A DNA stretch of 64,000 nt from a virus: positions 24,726 to 88,725 of the IMG/VR virus record IMGVR_UViG_3300009285_003054; one strand, written 5' to 3'. The notes under the pieces were generated by a model that did not search any database, had not been told where the DNA came from, and saw nothing but the letters and a program-made list of their open reading frames with translations. The position numbers and the translations under genes were made by a program. This document shows, piece after piece, positions 55,154 through 64,000 of this stretch (position 1 is its first letter; each line of letters starts with the position of its first letter).

Positions 55154-56059
55154 TCACCGGATGTCAATTTCTACTGAAATCCCAATTTCTTGAAATCTCC
55201 GCAGTGTCGCGTTTCTAATCCGATGATCTCGCATACTTATGCGCTGTCTGTGTGATAAGTTTCCCGTGTATGGGAGGTTGTCTATAATCCTCCTCAATTC
55301 GGAGCGACTCATTGTTATCCCCAAGAGAGATGCAAGCATTTCTTGTATTTTTGGGAGTCTCCCGTCCGGTACAGGGGCTTCAGTACTCTGTATCCGGAAA
55401 CTGATGTGACTATCAGATACCGGGGGTCCTTCTGTTGGGACTGGGGTACTCGGGATGTCATCCCGAGTACCCACAGGAATTGTAGGTACATCATTCTTTT
55501 TGTGTACGAAAGTGTGTGACAGGTGGGTAATGGTGGTGTATGGGGTCGACATGGTATTTGGAATCTGGTGGCCCTTGCTCTTTCTGATATCGAACAGTAC
55601 AACCCCCCTATACTCACCATCAAATAATACAATAACCTCGTATGGGAGGTTAGGTTGGGTCTTTGCTGTCTCGGTAATAGCAAAGACATCGTCGTGCGTG
55701 AATGCCCCGTGCACTATCACAATGGAGTAGCCTTTGTGCAGAGCCGCTCTGACTTTGGTCAATGACCGCTCTAAGCGAGAGCGGTCATTGGCAAGTTGCT
55801 CATCAGCAGGTAGTGTTATTCTACCCATGCTGTCTTTCAGCTCATCCTCCGGGGAGATGACCACCACCGGAGTGTGCTCAGTGGCTACTGCGCCTACTAC
55901 AGATGCGTATGTTGAATCTAGATCTGTGGGTAGATCTTTCCGCTCCGACGTGCGTGTGGATAAGTAGGCGGCACCTCCAGCTAGCAACCCGACAATATCT
56001 TCCCTCCGGCCACCAATCGGCCCCGAGACAATGATAAGATACCTGTTTGCGAGGTTCAT
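55154..56059 (-). CDS. Hypothetical protein with degenerate P-loop-kinase-like N-terminus
   Basis: LIIVSGPIGGRRED has a kinase-like context but lacks GK(S/T). Confidence 0.55.
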   Translation of the reverse strand: MNLANRYLIIVSGPIGGRREDIVGLLAGGAAYLSTRTSERKDLPTDLDSTYASVVGAVATEHTPVVVISPEDELKDSMGRITLPADEQLANDRSRLERSLTKVRAALHKGYSIVIVHGAFTHDDVFAITETAKTQPNLPYEVIVLFDGEYRGVVLFDIRKSKGHQIPNTMSTPYTTITHLSHTFVHKKNDVPTIPVGTRDDIPSTPVPTEGPPVSDSHISFRIQSTEAPVPDGRLPKIQEMLASLLGITMSRSELRRIIDNLPYTGNLSHRQRISMRDHRIRNATLRRFQEIGISVEIDIR

Positions 56060-56060
56060 A

Positions 56061-57509
56061 TCATCCTGTCTGTAGCATGGGGACTACGGTCCCTTCTTCA
56101 ATGCTTAGGGAATCGAAATCCCCTATACCCTCTGTGTACTCCCTCACTCGTATCTTTCCACAAGCCTTGGCCATTGCACTTCCTTTCGGAAACTTATAGT
56201 ACCTGGCTAGGAAGTGCACCGCATAGCTAGGGGATCTGGCAAATACCAAGTCTTTATCCCCCTCTACCTCCACGATATATGCTTTTGGCTTGCTCAATAC
56301 TGTTCCAATGTTTTCTCGCATGCTATCCCAATCCACACCCATATACTCGCAAATTAGTACGCCTAGTACCCCTTCGTCTCGAGGGGCAGTAACACCCTTT
56401 TTCCGCATCCATTTGTCAAACTGATCGTCCCCTGAAAGGAGGATGTGCAGGAATGTCTGCTCCGTTTCCCCTAACTTCTTTGAGAGGATCTCGACATACT
56501 CATGATCGTATACTTGATCTTCCCCATGTCTCCCACCGTCGTCCTCTTCCGCAAGTACATCCTCAATACTACACCCACCATCTTCGGATGTTTGATGTAT
56601 AGACACTGTGGTGGGTGTGTAATCCCTATCAGTGTCTAAGTGGGTAAGCTTTACCACCCTATCCGAACATGCGCAGTACCCACAAAACAAGTCATCCAGG
56701 GAAAGCCCCTCAGGAGACAAAGGGAACTTCTTTAGCACATCGGGGATAGTGAGTACCCCCTTGTTTTTGCGGTGTTCCCACTCCCGTAGGCAATGGGGGC
56801 AACGCAGCTCAGGGACCTTGCGGATGGGCTTGCGCTGTTCTGCAAGACAGTACTCCCTGATTCTTTCAGCCTCGCGGGGGAGGCTGACTGCAATAGACCC
56901 CATAATCCTTTCCCGGCTGGGATAGGAACTGTAGTAGTTGGCAATCCGCACGGCTTCTACCATCAACTCTGCCTCCGGATCGAAACCCGAGTCATACTTT
57001 GAAAGGAAACGTAGCTTCAGATAAGCCAGACGCTTAGCTATCTTTTGCGACTCGGTGAGGACCCATGCGTAGTCCTCCTTCGAGATTCGATAAATGCTCC
57101 GAGTTTGAATTGTGGCCAATTCGGATGGGGTGAGGAGATCTAAGCAACGCTTGATGTCACCGGGGTGGGTTTTGTATACTCGGAGGATATCGGGAATGGC
57201 CGTTCCTGATGAGGCTAACACAATAGCCCTCCACATGTCACTCATGACGTACCAGGAGTATGTTATATTATCACGCAGAACTCGAATCTGCGCAGTGACC
57301 TCGGTATCATCTACACCTTTAAGGGCTTTTCTGACCCACAACCTCAAGGCATTGCTGAATGCCCTGCCATCGGAGAGACTAAGTGAGTATCGATAAATAG
57401 CACCACAGATAGCATCCAGTGTGGCATCTTCTGTCTCTCGACCAAGAACCCCGTCCACCATATCGGGGATGCTGGGGTGTTTAATCCCATACTTACTTCG
57501 CTTTTTCAT
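56061..57509 (-). CDS. Putative phage sigma-factor-like transcription protein with zinc-ribbon insertion
   Basis: Region-2-like AKRLAYLKLRFL...EAELMVEAVRIANYY, CPHC...CGYC insert, and region-4-like LGETEQTFL...ICEYMGV. Confidence 0.45.
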   Translation of the reverse strand: MKKRSKYGIKHPSIPDMVDGVLGRETEDATLDAICGAIYRYSLSLSDGRAFSNALRLWVRKALKGVDDTEVTAQIRVLRDNITYSWYVMSDMWRAIVLASSGTAIPDILRVYKTHPGDIKRCLDLLTPSELATIQTRSIYRISKEDYAWVLTESQKIAKRLAYLKLRFLSKYDSGFDPEAELMVEAVRIANYYSSYPSRERIMGSIAVSLPREAERIREYCLAEQRKPIRKVPELRCPHCLREWEHRKNKGVLTIPDVLKKFPLSPEGLSLDDLFCGYCACSDRVVKLTHLDTDRDYTPTTVSIHQTSEDGGCSIEDVLAEEDDGGRHGEDQVYDHEYVEILSKKLGETEQTFLHILLSGDDQFDKWMRKKGVTAPRDEGVLGVLICEYMGVDWDSMRENIGTVLSKPKAYIVEVEGDKDLVFARSPSYAVHFLARYYKFPKGSAMAKACGKIRVREYTEGIGDFDSLSIEEGTVVPMLQTG

Positions 57510-57530
57510 AGGTCGCGCTCCTATTTATTC

Positions 57531-59363
57531 TCAAAACCCACCAGTAACTGCCAATACACTACTCAACCCAATGTCGTCGATATCCTTCCATGTTGGGTTG
57601 AGCACTACCCTAACAGGGGTACTTCGAGTTTCTCGAAAGAGTGCTACCCCCTGCTCTGTGTAATCCCCCCACGCCAATTTGCGAACAGCTCGTGACATAA
57701 TTCTACCGGAGCTATCTCTAGTAAGATCCGTAAGCAAGATCAGCCCCGAAGTGACATCATCAACTACGAAGAAAGGATCCAAGAATATGATCTGCTGTAC
57801 TTTCGGATTCCCATCCTGTACTGTCAGGATTAGCACCCTGTTCCTATGTGAGTCTTTTTCGGGGAGAGTATCCCGCCCACGTGCATACTTGATCAGGATT
57901 GGGTAGAATCCCGATTGATAGTGAGTGAGATCATCAGCATCCCCACTCTGCGCCAGGAATGCCAAGTACGAACCGGCTATGACGTTTTTGTTATTCCAGA
58001 CGCTCAGGAATTTCCCTACGTCAGCTTCAACACAACAAACGGCATCTCCCCGACCCCGTGGTTTTTTCCCTCCTAGAATCAAAGCCAATTCTGAGAGGGA
58101 TGCACCATGGTGCGGGTTTTCCAATGCAAATGTTTTCAGTCGCCACCTCCGAACCAGAGTGTCCTTGACATCCCCCGGGATGGTGGTACACTGCCTAATA
58201 TGTGGCATCTCACTCTGGAATCCTCGGATAGATGCCAACGTGGTCATCTGATCCATAATGTTTAGTGTGTCAGATGCCCATCCTGCAGTGTCAAAGCCTA
58301 CTGCGGCACTACCGGTCACACCCTGTTTAACAATGTCCCCTAACCTAATATTACGAAATTTGCTACGTACAAACACAGGAGCCAGAATTTCCCCCATTCT
58401 GCTTAGAAAATTTCCCTCTATAATAACCCCAGAGCTTACACCCTGCCCCGACCAAGGGACAACCCCGTAAAACTGTGGGATAGTGGCGTGCACAACCCGA
58501 CCTAGAACATCAGGATTAAGGATGAAGTCATAATTCTTGTCGCGGATATAAAGGAGTACGAGGCGCTCACACATCCGGAGGATGTACTTGGCCTGTCTGA
58601 CAGAGAACGGCACTCGATACTCTTGTATCAGTACCTTTGCCACTTCTTGAATAGCTGTGGATACACTCTCGCGCGAGCATATCCCGGATGAATAGATTGC
58701 GTTGGTGTCTTTCTTGGCTACCCGGATAGCCACTCGGAGAGACCCCAATATATCCGCGTCATTTCTGTTCTCATCATCTACATTAGAGAACAGTGCCTCG
58801 TGGAAGAGATTGTTGCTATCATCAGCGGACACTCCCAATTCCTGAAACTCGGAAAGGGATGGTGCCCAAACATAGCAAAACCGCTGGGCCATGGGGGATG
58901 TGAGGTAGGTAGCAGTGACATCCAGATCGGGTGGGTTCATTGCACTCATGACCAACCTAGCTGCTGTTGGTCTTCCCAACAGCTTGCGTGTGCGAATGAA
59001 CTCTAACAAATAGTGTTGCAGGGATTGGGGCGCGCGGTTAGGCTCGTCCAATAGGACCGCTTCTTTATCCCAGATGGATAGGTCGTCGTGGATAAACTCA
59101 ACCTTGCGTTCTTTCTGCAGGGCGGGGATATCCAAGAATCCCATTAATGCGTCCCGATGAAGTTCGGGACAATGGTAGGCTTTGAAGTTTACTTCCCCGT
59201 AGAACGCCCGAGCTATTGCTCTCCCGGCTACAGTCTTTCCTGTACCCGGCGCACCCACTATCATAATGGGGATGTCTGCCATCACCGCGCCTATGATAAT
59301 CGGTTCGTAGACATCCCATCCTATGATGCCCATGCGTCTTATTCGGTTATCTTTGTCTGCCAT
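57531..59363 (-). CDS. MoxR-type AAA+ ATPase
   Basis: IMIVGAPGTGKT, LLDEPNRA, MSAMNPP and PMAQRF motifs. Start moved to 59363 because the promoter overlaps the ORF-track start (59411). Confidence 0.85.
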   Translation of the reverse strand: MADKDNRIRRMGIIGWDVYEPIIIGAVMADIPIMIVGAPGTGKTVAGRAIARAFYGEVNFKAYHCPELHRDALMGFLDIPALQKERKVEFIHDDLSIWDKEAVLLDEPNRAPQSLQHYLLEFIRTRKLLGRPTAARLVMSAMNPPDLDVTATYLTSPMAQRFCYVWAPSLSEFQELGVSADDSNNLFHEALFSNVDDENRNDADILGSLRVAIRVAKKDTNAIYSSGICSRESVSTAIQEVAKVLIQEYRVPFSVRQAKYILRMCERLVLLYIRDKNYDFILNPDVLGRVVHATIPQFYGVVPWSGQGVSSGVIIEGNFLSRMGEILAPVFVRSKFRNIRLGDIVKQGVTGSAAVGFDTAGWASDTLNIMDQMTTLASIRGFQSEMPHIRQCTTIPGDVKDTLVRRWRLKTFALENPHHGASLSELALILGGKKPRGRGDAVCCVEADVGKFLSVWNNKNVIAGSYLAFLAQSGDADDLTHYQSGFYPILIKYARGRDTLPEKDSHRNRVLILTVQDGNPKVQQIIFLDPFFVVDDVTSGLILLTDLTRDSSGRIMSRAVRKLAWGDYTEQGVALFRETRSTPVRVVLNPTWKDIDDIGLSSVLAVTGGF

Positions 59364-59409
59364 TTTTTCCTCGGAGCTTGAGGTGCATTGAACTACTGGC
59401 ACTAATGAC

Positions 59410-59439
59410 ATAATACCACTAAATGTGCCCGAGTGTCAA
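59410..59439 (-). promoter_or_regulatory. sigma70 promoter TTGACA-18-TATTAT
   Basis: Read directly. A-tract upstream, as at the 18521 promoter. Confidence 0.7.
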
Positions 59440-59507
59440 GGGATTTTTTTGAGACAAATTTGTGGTGATTTTACAAGAGGTTATGGTGGTGGGTCATCGG
59501 AGATGTA

Positions 59508-60359
59508 TTAGGACTGATCCGAGTTGGATGCAATCCCTGCGCGCTCGAAGTAGTTGACGTTCATACCGTAGTAATCAAAGACTGCTGTGGCGATTGCAGT
59601 CGAATCCACCGTTACCTCGACAAACACGGACTCCCCGTCGACCAGCCAGTCCACTACGGTCTGGGAGAAAGTGAATTCCATGGTGTGGTATGTGGCTGTC
59701 TTCCGTTCGGCTGCTGTATCGTGCGCGGTATCGTATGCACCGCTGGTGTGTAGTGCCGCACCGGCAGCCATCTGGGATCCTGTGGTAGGCTTGCTGTTCT
59801 TGTACACCACCAGGGTCACGTCGGCCACCGCAGCAACTGTGATACCATAGACCATCTCGAGACTGCGCAGTTTCACACCACCCTCGCCATTGCGGGTCAG
59901 CATTTCTGGTGGCAACTCCACTAGAAATTTCTCGACAGCAGCCCCGGCAGTTCTTCGTTGATACCTGCGGTGGTTGGTATCATCGTATGTGTCGGTCCAC
60001 ACGCCAGACACACTTACGAAATGGGTATGTGGAGTGAGGAACGCAGATCCCCTTCGCACGTATCCAGCAGGTTCTCCGTAGGCCATCAACTCACTGATGG
60101 ACGTGATTACCCGACCATCGATCTCAATGTTGATGGCGCCACCATTCCAGAGATTCTTGAGACAGGTGGCCAATCTCCCACGGTTCCGATGCAGCATTGC
60201 GGTCGGGATGTATGTGGACGTCGGGTATTGTGAGTTGGTTCCAATCATGTAGCTGGAAATCCCATCGCCTGCTGGCTGGGTCCCTGTCTTTGCGTCCAGG
60301 CCGTTGATCCCGACATGGGCTAGCCGTGCGGTTACTTTGATTCCACTTTGGAATGACAT
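59508..60359 (-). CDS. Probable virion protein (Thr/Ala/Gly-rich, beta-rich C-terminus)
   Basis: AAGGAG RBS; composition. Confidence 0.6.
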   Translation of the reverse strand: MSFQSGIKVTARLAHVGINGLDAKTGTQPAGDGISSYMIGTNSQYPTSTYIPTAMLHRNRGRLATCLKNLWNGGAINIEIDGRVITSISELMAYGEPAGYVRRGSAFLTPHTHFVSVSGVWTDTYDDTNHRRYQRRTAGAAVEKFLVELPPEMLTRNGEGGVKLRSLEMVYGITVAAVADVTLVVYKNSKPTTGSQMAAGAALHTSGAYDTAHDTAAERKTATYHTMEFTFSQTVVDWLVDGESVFVEVTVDSTAIATAVFDYYGMNVNYFERAGIASNSDQS

Positions 60360-60392
60360 ACAGTGTTCTCCTTCGTCTGTGCTATTTCCGGA

Positions 60393-60905
60393 TCAGAAAA
60401 AGTCCTTGACCCGGATGGTTTGCTGTGCTGGTGCCCCATCCGCAGAGGTCGATGAGTTATCAGTGTTGGGATGAAGCCTCCCTGCTGTTAGAGCTAACAG
60501 CGTGAGTTGTCGTTGGAGAAATGGGCGAAGTCCAGCCTTCGAGTGGTTCCACTCGAAGGCTAAGAGTTTGAGCTTCCCCACCACTGCCCGAGGAAGCTCA
60601 ATGGTAATGCGTACCGTCTCTGGTAGTGTGGCATCACCCTCCCGCATCTTTTGAAATTCGACGGCTACTCGATTGGCTAGCTCCAGGATTATGCGGGCCC
60701 CACGTTTGGTATAGAGCATATTCGCATAATCCTGAGCCTTAACCCCATTTCCGTGGAGAAGCATTTCTGCTAGACGATGCAGTGTGTGGTGACACCCCGG
60801 ACAAAGCATTACTGTCGGTCCTGCTGCACCCCCAGCCGCTTGGGGTGTCAGGTGATGCTCCTGCAGTAACTCATCTGGAAAGTCTTTTCGGCAGATGCAC
60901 TGCAT
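60393..60905 (-). CDS. HNH-motif protein
   Basis: EHHLTPQAAGG...MLCPGCHHTLH. Confidence 0.75.
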   Translation of the reverse strand: MQCICRKDFPDELLQEHHLTPQAAGGAAGPTVMLCPGCHHTLHRLAEMLLHGNGVKAQDYANMLYTKRGARIILELANRVAVEFQKMREGDATLPETVRITIELPRAVVGKLKLLAFEWNHSKAGLRPFLQRQLTLLALTAGRLHPNTDNSSTSADGAPAQQTIRVKDFF

Positions 60906-60908
60906 ATG

Positions 60909-61181
60909 TCACCACGTCTGAATGACACGGATAGGGTAGGACGCCACTGTTGACTGAAGGCCCTTTGGAAGCTGACAGGATGCTTGCAATTCGGGTATAC
61001 TGTACCTACGGGTCAAATCAATTTCCTTTCTAGGTTTGAGTGCTATGATTTCTGGGGAGTGGGTAGGTCGTTTACCCTTCCCTGGGGTGAAACGGACCAT
61101 TGTGCAATTCACCTCGACACCCCCATCATTGACCACGACAACCCGCCCTGCTTGGAGTGCCTGGGCTAACCTTTGTGACAT
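60909..61181 (-). CDS. Small hypothetical protein
   Basis: GGAGG RBS; tight coupling to neighbours. Confidence 0.65.
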   Translation of the reverse strand: MSQRLAQALQAGRVVVVNDGGVEVNCTMVRFTPGKGKRPTHSPEIIALKPRKEIDLTRRYSIPELQASCQLPKGLQSTVASYPIRVIQTW

Positions 61182-61182
61182 C

Positions 61183-63963
61183 TTATCCTCCGCGTGTACT
61201 CTTCAACCGGTCGTACTCAGCGGGAATGCTGAGTGCACCCTCGATCTCTAATTGCATAGGAACGGTAACCGTTGCCATTCCGTTCGAGTTTACTCCAGTG
61301 ACCTTGCCTACACCGCGCCCCCCGGTAATCGTTGATGTAAGATTCTGTCCAGATGCCCGATCTAGTGGGCGTGCAACTGAACTCCGGGTACTTTGATATG
61401 CCTCTATTGGCACGTCGGTTTTTGGTTGCTTGTCCAGTTTGATCATCTCCCGCCAAGCTGCTTCTGTGGTAGGATCCATCCCTCTACTTGAGAGAGAAGT
61501 GAGTAACTGTGTATGCCTAAACATTTCATCAGAAATGACATTCTGAGTATGGAGTTGTTTGGTAAGCCCCGGATCTTCCGCAAGATACTGGACAGCTCCA
61601 GAGTATTGCCCTTTTCCGAAATCTACTTCCGATAGGGGGTGCCCCAATAGTTGGGACAATTTGATCAGCCCCTTCTTCATCCCACCAGCCCTAGCCGCCA
61701 TCATAACAGGTGCGAGCATTGTACCTGCGGTTACCATACCTATAGCTGCAGGGGCTAATATTGCACCCGCCCCTGCAGCCCCCCCTACTGCACCAGTGCC
61801 CGCTGCACCTGACGCAGCTGCACCACCGCTTCCGCCACCGAAAATGCCGGACATAGCACCCAATGCACTCCCACCAAGCCCCACTGCTTTGGCGCCCAAC
61901 CCACCCAATGCCGCCTTACCTGGCATTCCTAGCATAGCCCAAATCATTGCTGCGCTCAGGCCCTTCCTTCCGATGCCTTTGGCCTTCTCCTTACCCGACT
62001 CCGGATCTGCTGCGCTATCCGGAGAGAGCATGTAGTCCCCTGCCATGTATGCCGCTAGCATTGTCAGCGGGTTGGTCATAGCTCTCCGGACTCGACCTGG
62101 GGACTTTGATGGTGGTGCATCTGTAGTGGCAGGAGGTGCCCCTACAACTGTAGGGGCGTGTGCTTTACTTTCTGGAGATGTTCCGGCTACGATTGGTGGA
62201 ACCTTTCCGGAGGTAGCTCCAGGCCCACCCATCCCAACGACACGCAGCGCTGTTCCAGCAGAGAATGGTGCCAGCGCTCGTTGCATACCAGATGTTACGG
62301 CTGGTACTACAGCCGTAGCAGGGGTGGCACCTTTACCTACTGCCCCGGGGGCTGCTGATGTGCGCATAGCTGCCGAATACTCGGCAGCACCCAACGCCAT
62401 CTGTTGAGTAGCCACTGCGGCAGCTTGGAGCTTTGGTAGCACACCAGACACTGCTCCCCGGATGCTTATAAATGTTTTGATGAACTGCCCAGCAGCTAGG
62501 ACACCGGCGACTAGTGCATATTTAGAGACATTTCCGAAATCTTCAAAGTGTGCGGAAATGTCACCTATTATCCGATCAATTGGGACCAATGCTCGATCCA
62601 GAATGGGGATGGTGGTGACTTTCCCACCTTCTGCGCGAATGAGTGCAGTCATCCCTTCAACGTTGTCGGTAATTTTTTGAGTTTCTTTTTGTTGACCTTC
62701 ATACTGCGCGGTGATTCCCCGCATTACTTCTTCTACGGAGGACGCATCTTTGAGCTGTCGAGCCAACTCAATTGCTTGGCCTCTGCTGAGATGCCTCATG
62801 TTCATAAGGATTGGTACGATATCTCCAGTAGACGATCCCAACTCCTTAGTAAGTTTTAGCAACTCTTCAATTCCCATCTTGGATGTTGCTAAAGTGTCAG
62901 CCAACTGAAGTCCCAGGTCACGAGCGTTGGTGGTTGCTACCATTCCGGCAACCTTCTGTAGTTCCGCCTGTTGTGTCTCTGTGAAATCCTGCAAGAATTC
63001 TTTGGCTAACTCCCCTCCGGGTTCAATAGCTGCTTTTAGACGGTCCAACATCCGCAGACCAACATTCATGGTCATGGCATCTTCATCACCCCCGGTGATG
63101 AACTGCCCCATGGCCTTTCCGGCTTCCAGTGTGGCGTTGTACGACTGCTTCGCTAGATTGGCTTGTTTAACTGAGTACGCCATCGCAGCCGATAGATTTC
63201 CCAGATTCTGCGTGAATCCGTGTGTTCTTGTGGATGCTTCCTCTACAATTCGAGCGAAGTCATCCCCCCAAAGCATTGCCTTGTCGGATCCCAAGCGCTG
63301 TAGCTCGGCGTTAACATTTCGAGCCGCACCGTACACATCCAAGAGACTTTTCATCGCATGGTCAGCTGATTCCCCATACTGGAACATCCGCGTTGATGCT
63401 TGTTTTACCAATTCTGTGCCATCTACCCCCATCACTTTGGCATAGCGGATTGTAGCGTCTGTGAGTCTTTTTATCTCACCTTGCTGTTTTCTGTTGATCC
63501 CCCCGAGGAATCGTTGGGTTTTCATCCATTCGTCTGACACCCGCCGAATGTTCTCGACCTCAATTCCGTACAGTCGAGCCATTCTTACGTCTTGCTGCAC
63601 TACCTTTTGGTACTCTCGAGCGCGTTTGGCCACTGACTCATAGGAAGTGGATGCGGTATTGATAGATTGAGTAGTCAGTAGGAACTGTTGGGTGGCCGAG
63701 GCAGATGACGTTGTGGCTATACGATAGGCACGGTGTGCTAGTGCGGCAGTAGTCAATGATGCTGCATACTTCTCAATGGTCCGTCTACCCCACTCGAACG
63801 CATCGTTGACTTTCTTTTGGACCCCCTCTAACCGGTCTTTTTGTTGGAGGAATTCGTGGTCACTTTGACCTGCCTCTTTCCGTAACTCTGCCTCTTTTTC
63901 GAGGAGCTTGATGCGTTCCTCTATAAGATTGTTGATGGCCTTGTGGATAGATGTTTCGGCCAT
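61183..63963 (-). CDS. Tape-measure-like protein
   Basis: N-terminal coiled coil, long Ala/Gly-rich helical body, hydrophobic Gly-rich C-terminal third. Confidence 0.65.
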   Translation of the reverse strand: MAETSIHKAINNLIEERIKLLEKEAELRKEAGQSDHEFLQQKDRLEGVQKKVNDAFEWGRRTIEKYAASLTTAALAHRAYRIATTSSASATQQFLLTTQSINTASTSYESVAKRAREYQKVVQQDVRMARLYGIEVENIRRVSDEWMKTQRFLGGINRKQQGEIKRLTDATIRYAKVMGVDGTELVKQASTRMFQYGESADHAMKSLLDVYGAARNVNAELQRLGSDKAMLWGDDFARIVEEASTRTHGFTQNLGNLSAAMAYSVKQANLAKQSYNATLEAGKAMGQFITGGDEDAMTMNVGLRMLDRLKAAIEPGGELAKEFLQDFTETQQAELQKVAGMVATTNARDLGLQLADTLATSKMGIEELLKLTKELGSSTGDIVPILMNMRHLSRGQAIELARQLKDASSVEEVMRGITAQYEGQQKETQKITDNVEGMTALIRAEGGKVTTIPILDRALVPIDRIIGDISAHFEDFGNVSKYALVAGVLAAGQFIKTFISIRGAVSGVLPKLQAAAVATQQMALGAAEYSAAMRTSAAPGAVGKGATPATAVVPAVTSGMQRALAPFSAGTALRVVGMGGPGATSGKVPPIVAGTSPESKAHAPTVVGAPPATTDAPPSKSPGRVRRAMTNPLTMLAAYMAGDYMLSPDSAADPESGKEKAKGIGRKGLSAAMIWAMLGMPGKAALGGLGAKAVGLGGSALGAMSGIFGGGSGGAAASGAAGTGAVGGAAGAGAILAPAAIGMVTAGTMLAPVMMAARAGGMKKGLIKLSQLLGHPLSEVDFGKGQYSGAVQYLAEDPGLTKQLHTQNVISDEMFRHTQLLTSLSSRGMDPTTEAAWREMIKLDKQPKTDVPIEAYQSTRSSVARPLDRASGQNLTSTITGGRGVGKVTGVNSNGMATVTVPMQLEIEGALSIPAEYDRLKSTRGG

Positions 63964-64000
63964 TACTTCTTACCTTTGGGTCGTGGGTACTGCTTCCCTA
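63963..64000 (-). CDS. 3' end of an upstream gene (...GKQYPRPKGKK*)
   Basis: TAATG overlap with the tape-measure-like start. Confidence 0.45.
   Translation of the reverse strand, partial: GKQYPRPKGKK

Noticed and set aside
1-64000. Stop-codon reassignment as in some jumbo phages
   Set aside because: Conserved genes are intact under the standard code, and TAA, TAG and TGA all terminate well-supported genes.

Overview
This window is a 64-kb slice of a large tailed dsDNA bacteriophage (jumbo-myovirus-like) that uses the standard genetic code. It has bacterial Shine-Dalgarno sites and four near-consensus sigma70 promoters. From left to right it holds five blocks. (1) A DNA-modification and replication block (1-11 kb): QueC, a TGT/DpdA-family transglycosylase, a spermidine-synthase-like SAM enzyme, a tandem-GNAT-like protein, a Cas4-like nuclease, primase and a RuvC-like resolvase. 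(2) An accessory block (13-22.5 kb): a DarA_C-like protein, a zincin peptidase, an RHH/ribosomal bL12-CTD fusion, and an aGPT-Pplase1/5-hmdU-kinase-helical protein next to a SAM methyltransferase. (3) A head module (22.6-40.6 kb): terminase, portal with a 138-aa mini-intein, prohead protease, acidic scaffold, decoration protein and major capsid protein. (4) A complete tmRNA gene. (5) A minus-strand block: neck/tail-like proteins, a free-standing Vsr-type homing-endonuclease-like gene, an 1853-aa SNF2 helicase, a sigma-like protein, a MoxR-type AAA+ ATPase, an HNH protein and a tape-measure-like protein. The capsid and decoration proteins resemble, from memory only, those of the Erwinia Y3 / Dickeya JA11 / Pseudomonas PaBG-type jumbo phages. 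The best candidate for an undescribed system is a 7-deazaguanine DNA-modification pathway co-transcribed with a non-canonical aminopropyltransferase-fold enzyme and a GNAT-fold acyltransferase, possibly alongside a second, thymidine-directed hypermodification. All family calls come from motif recognition by eye; no database searches were run.
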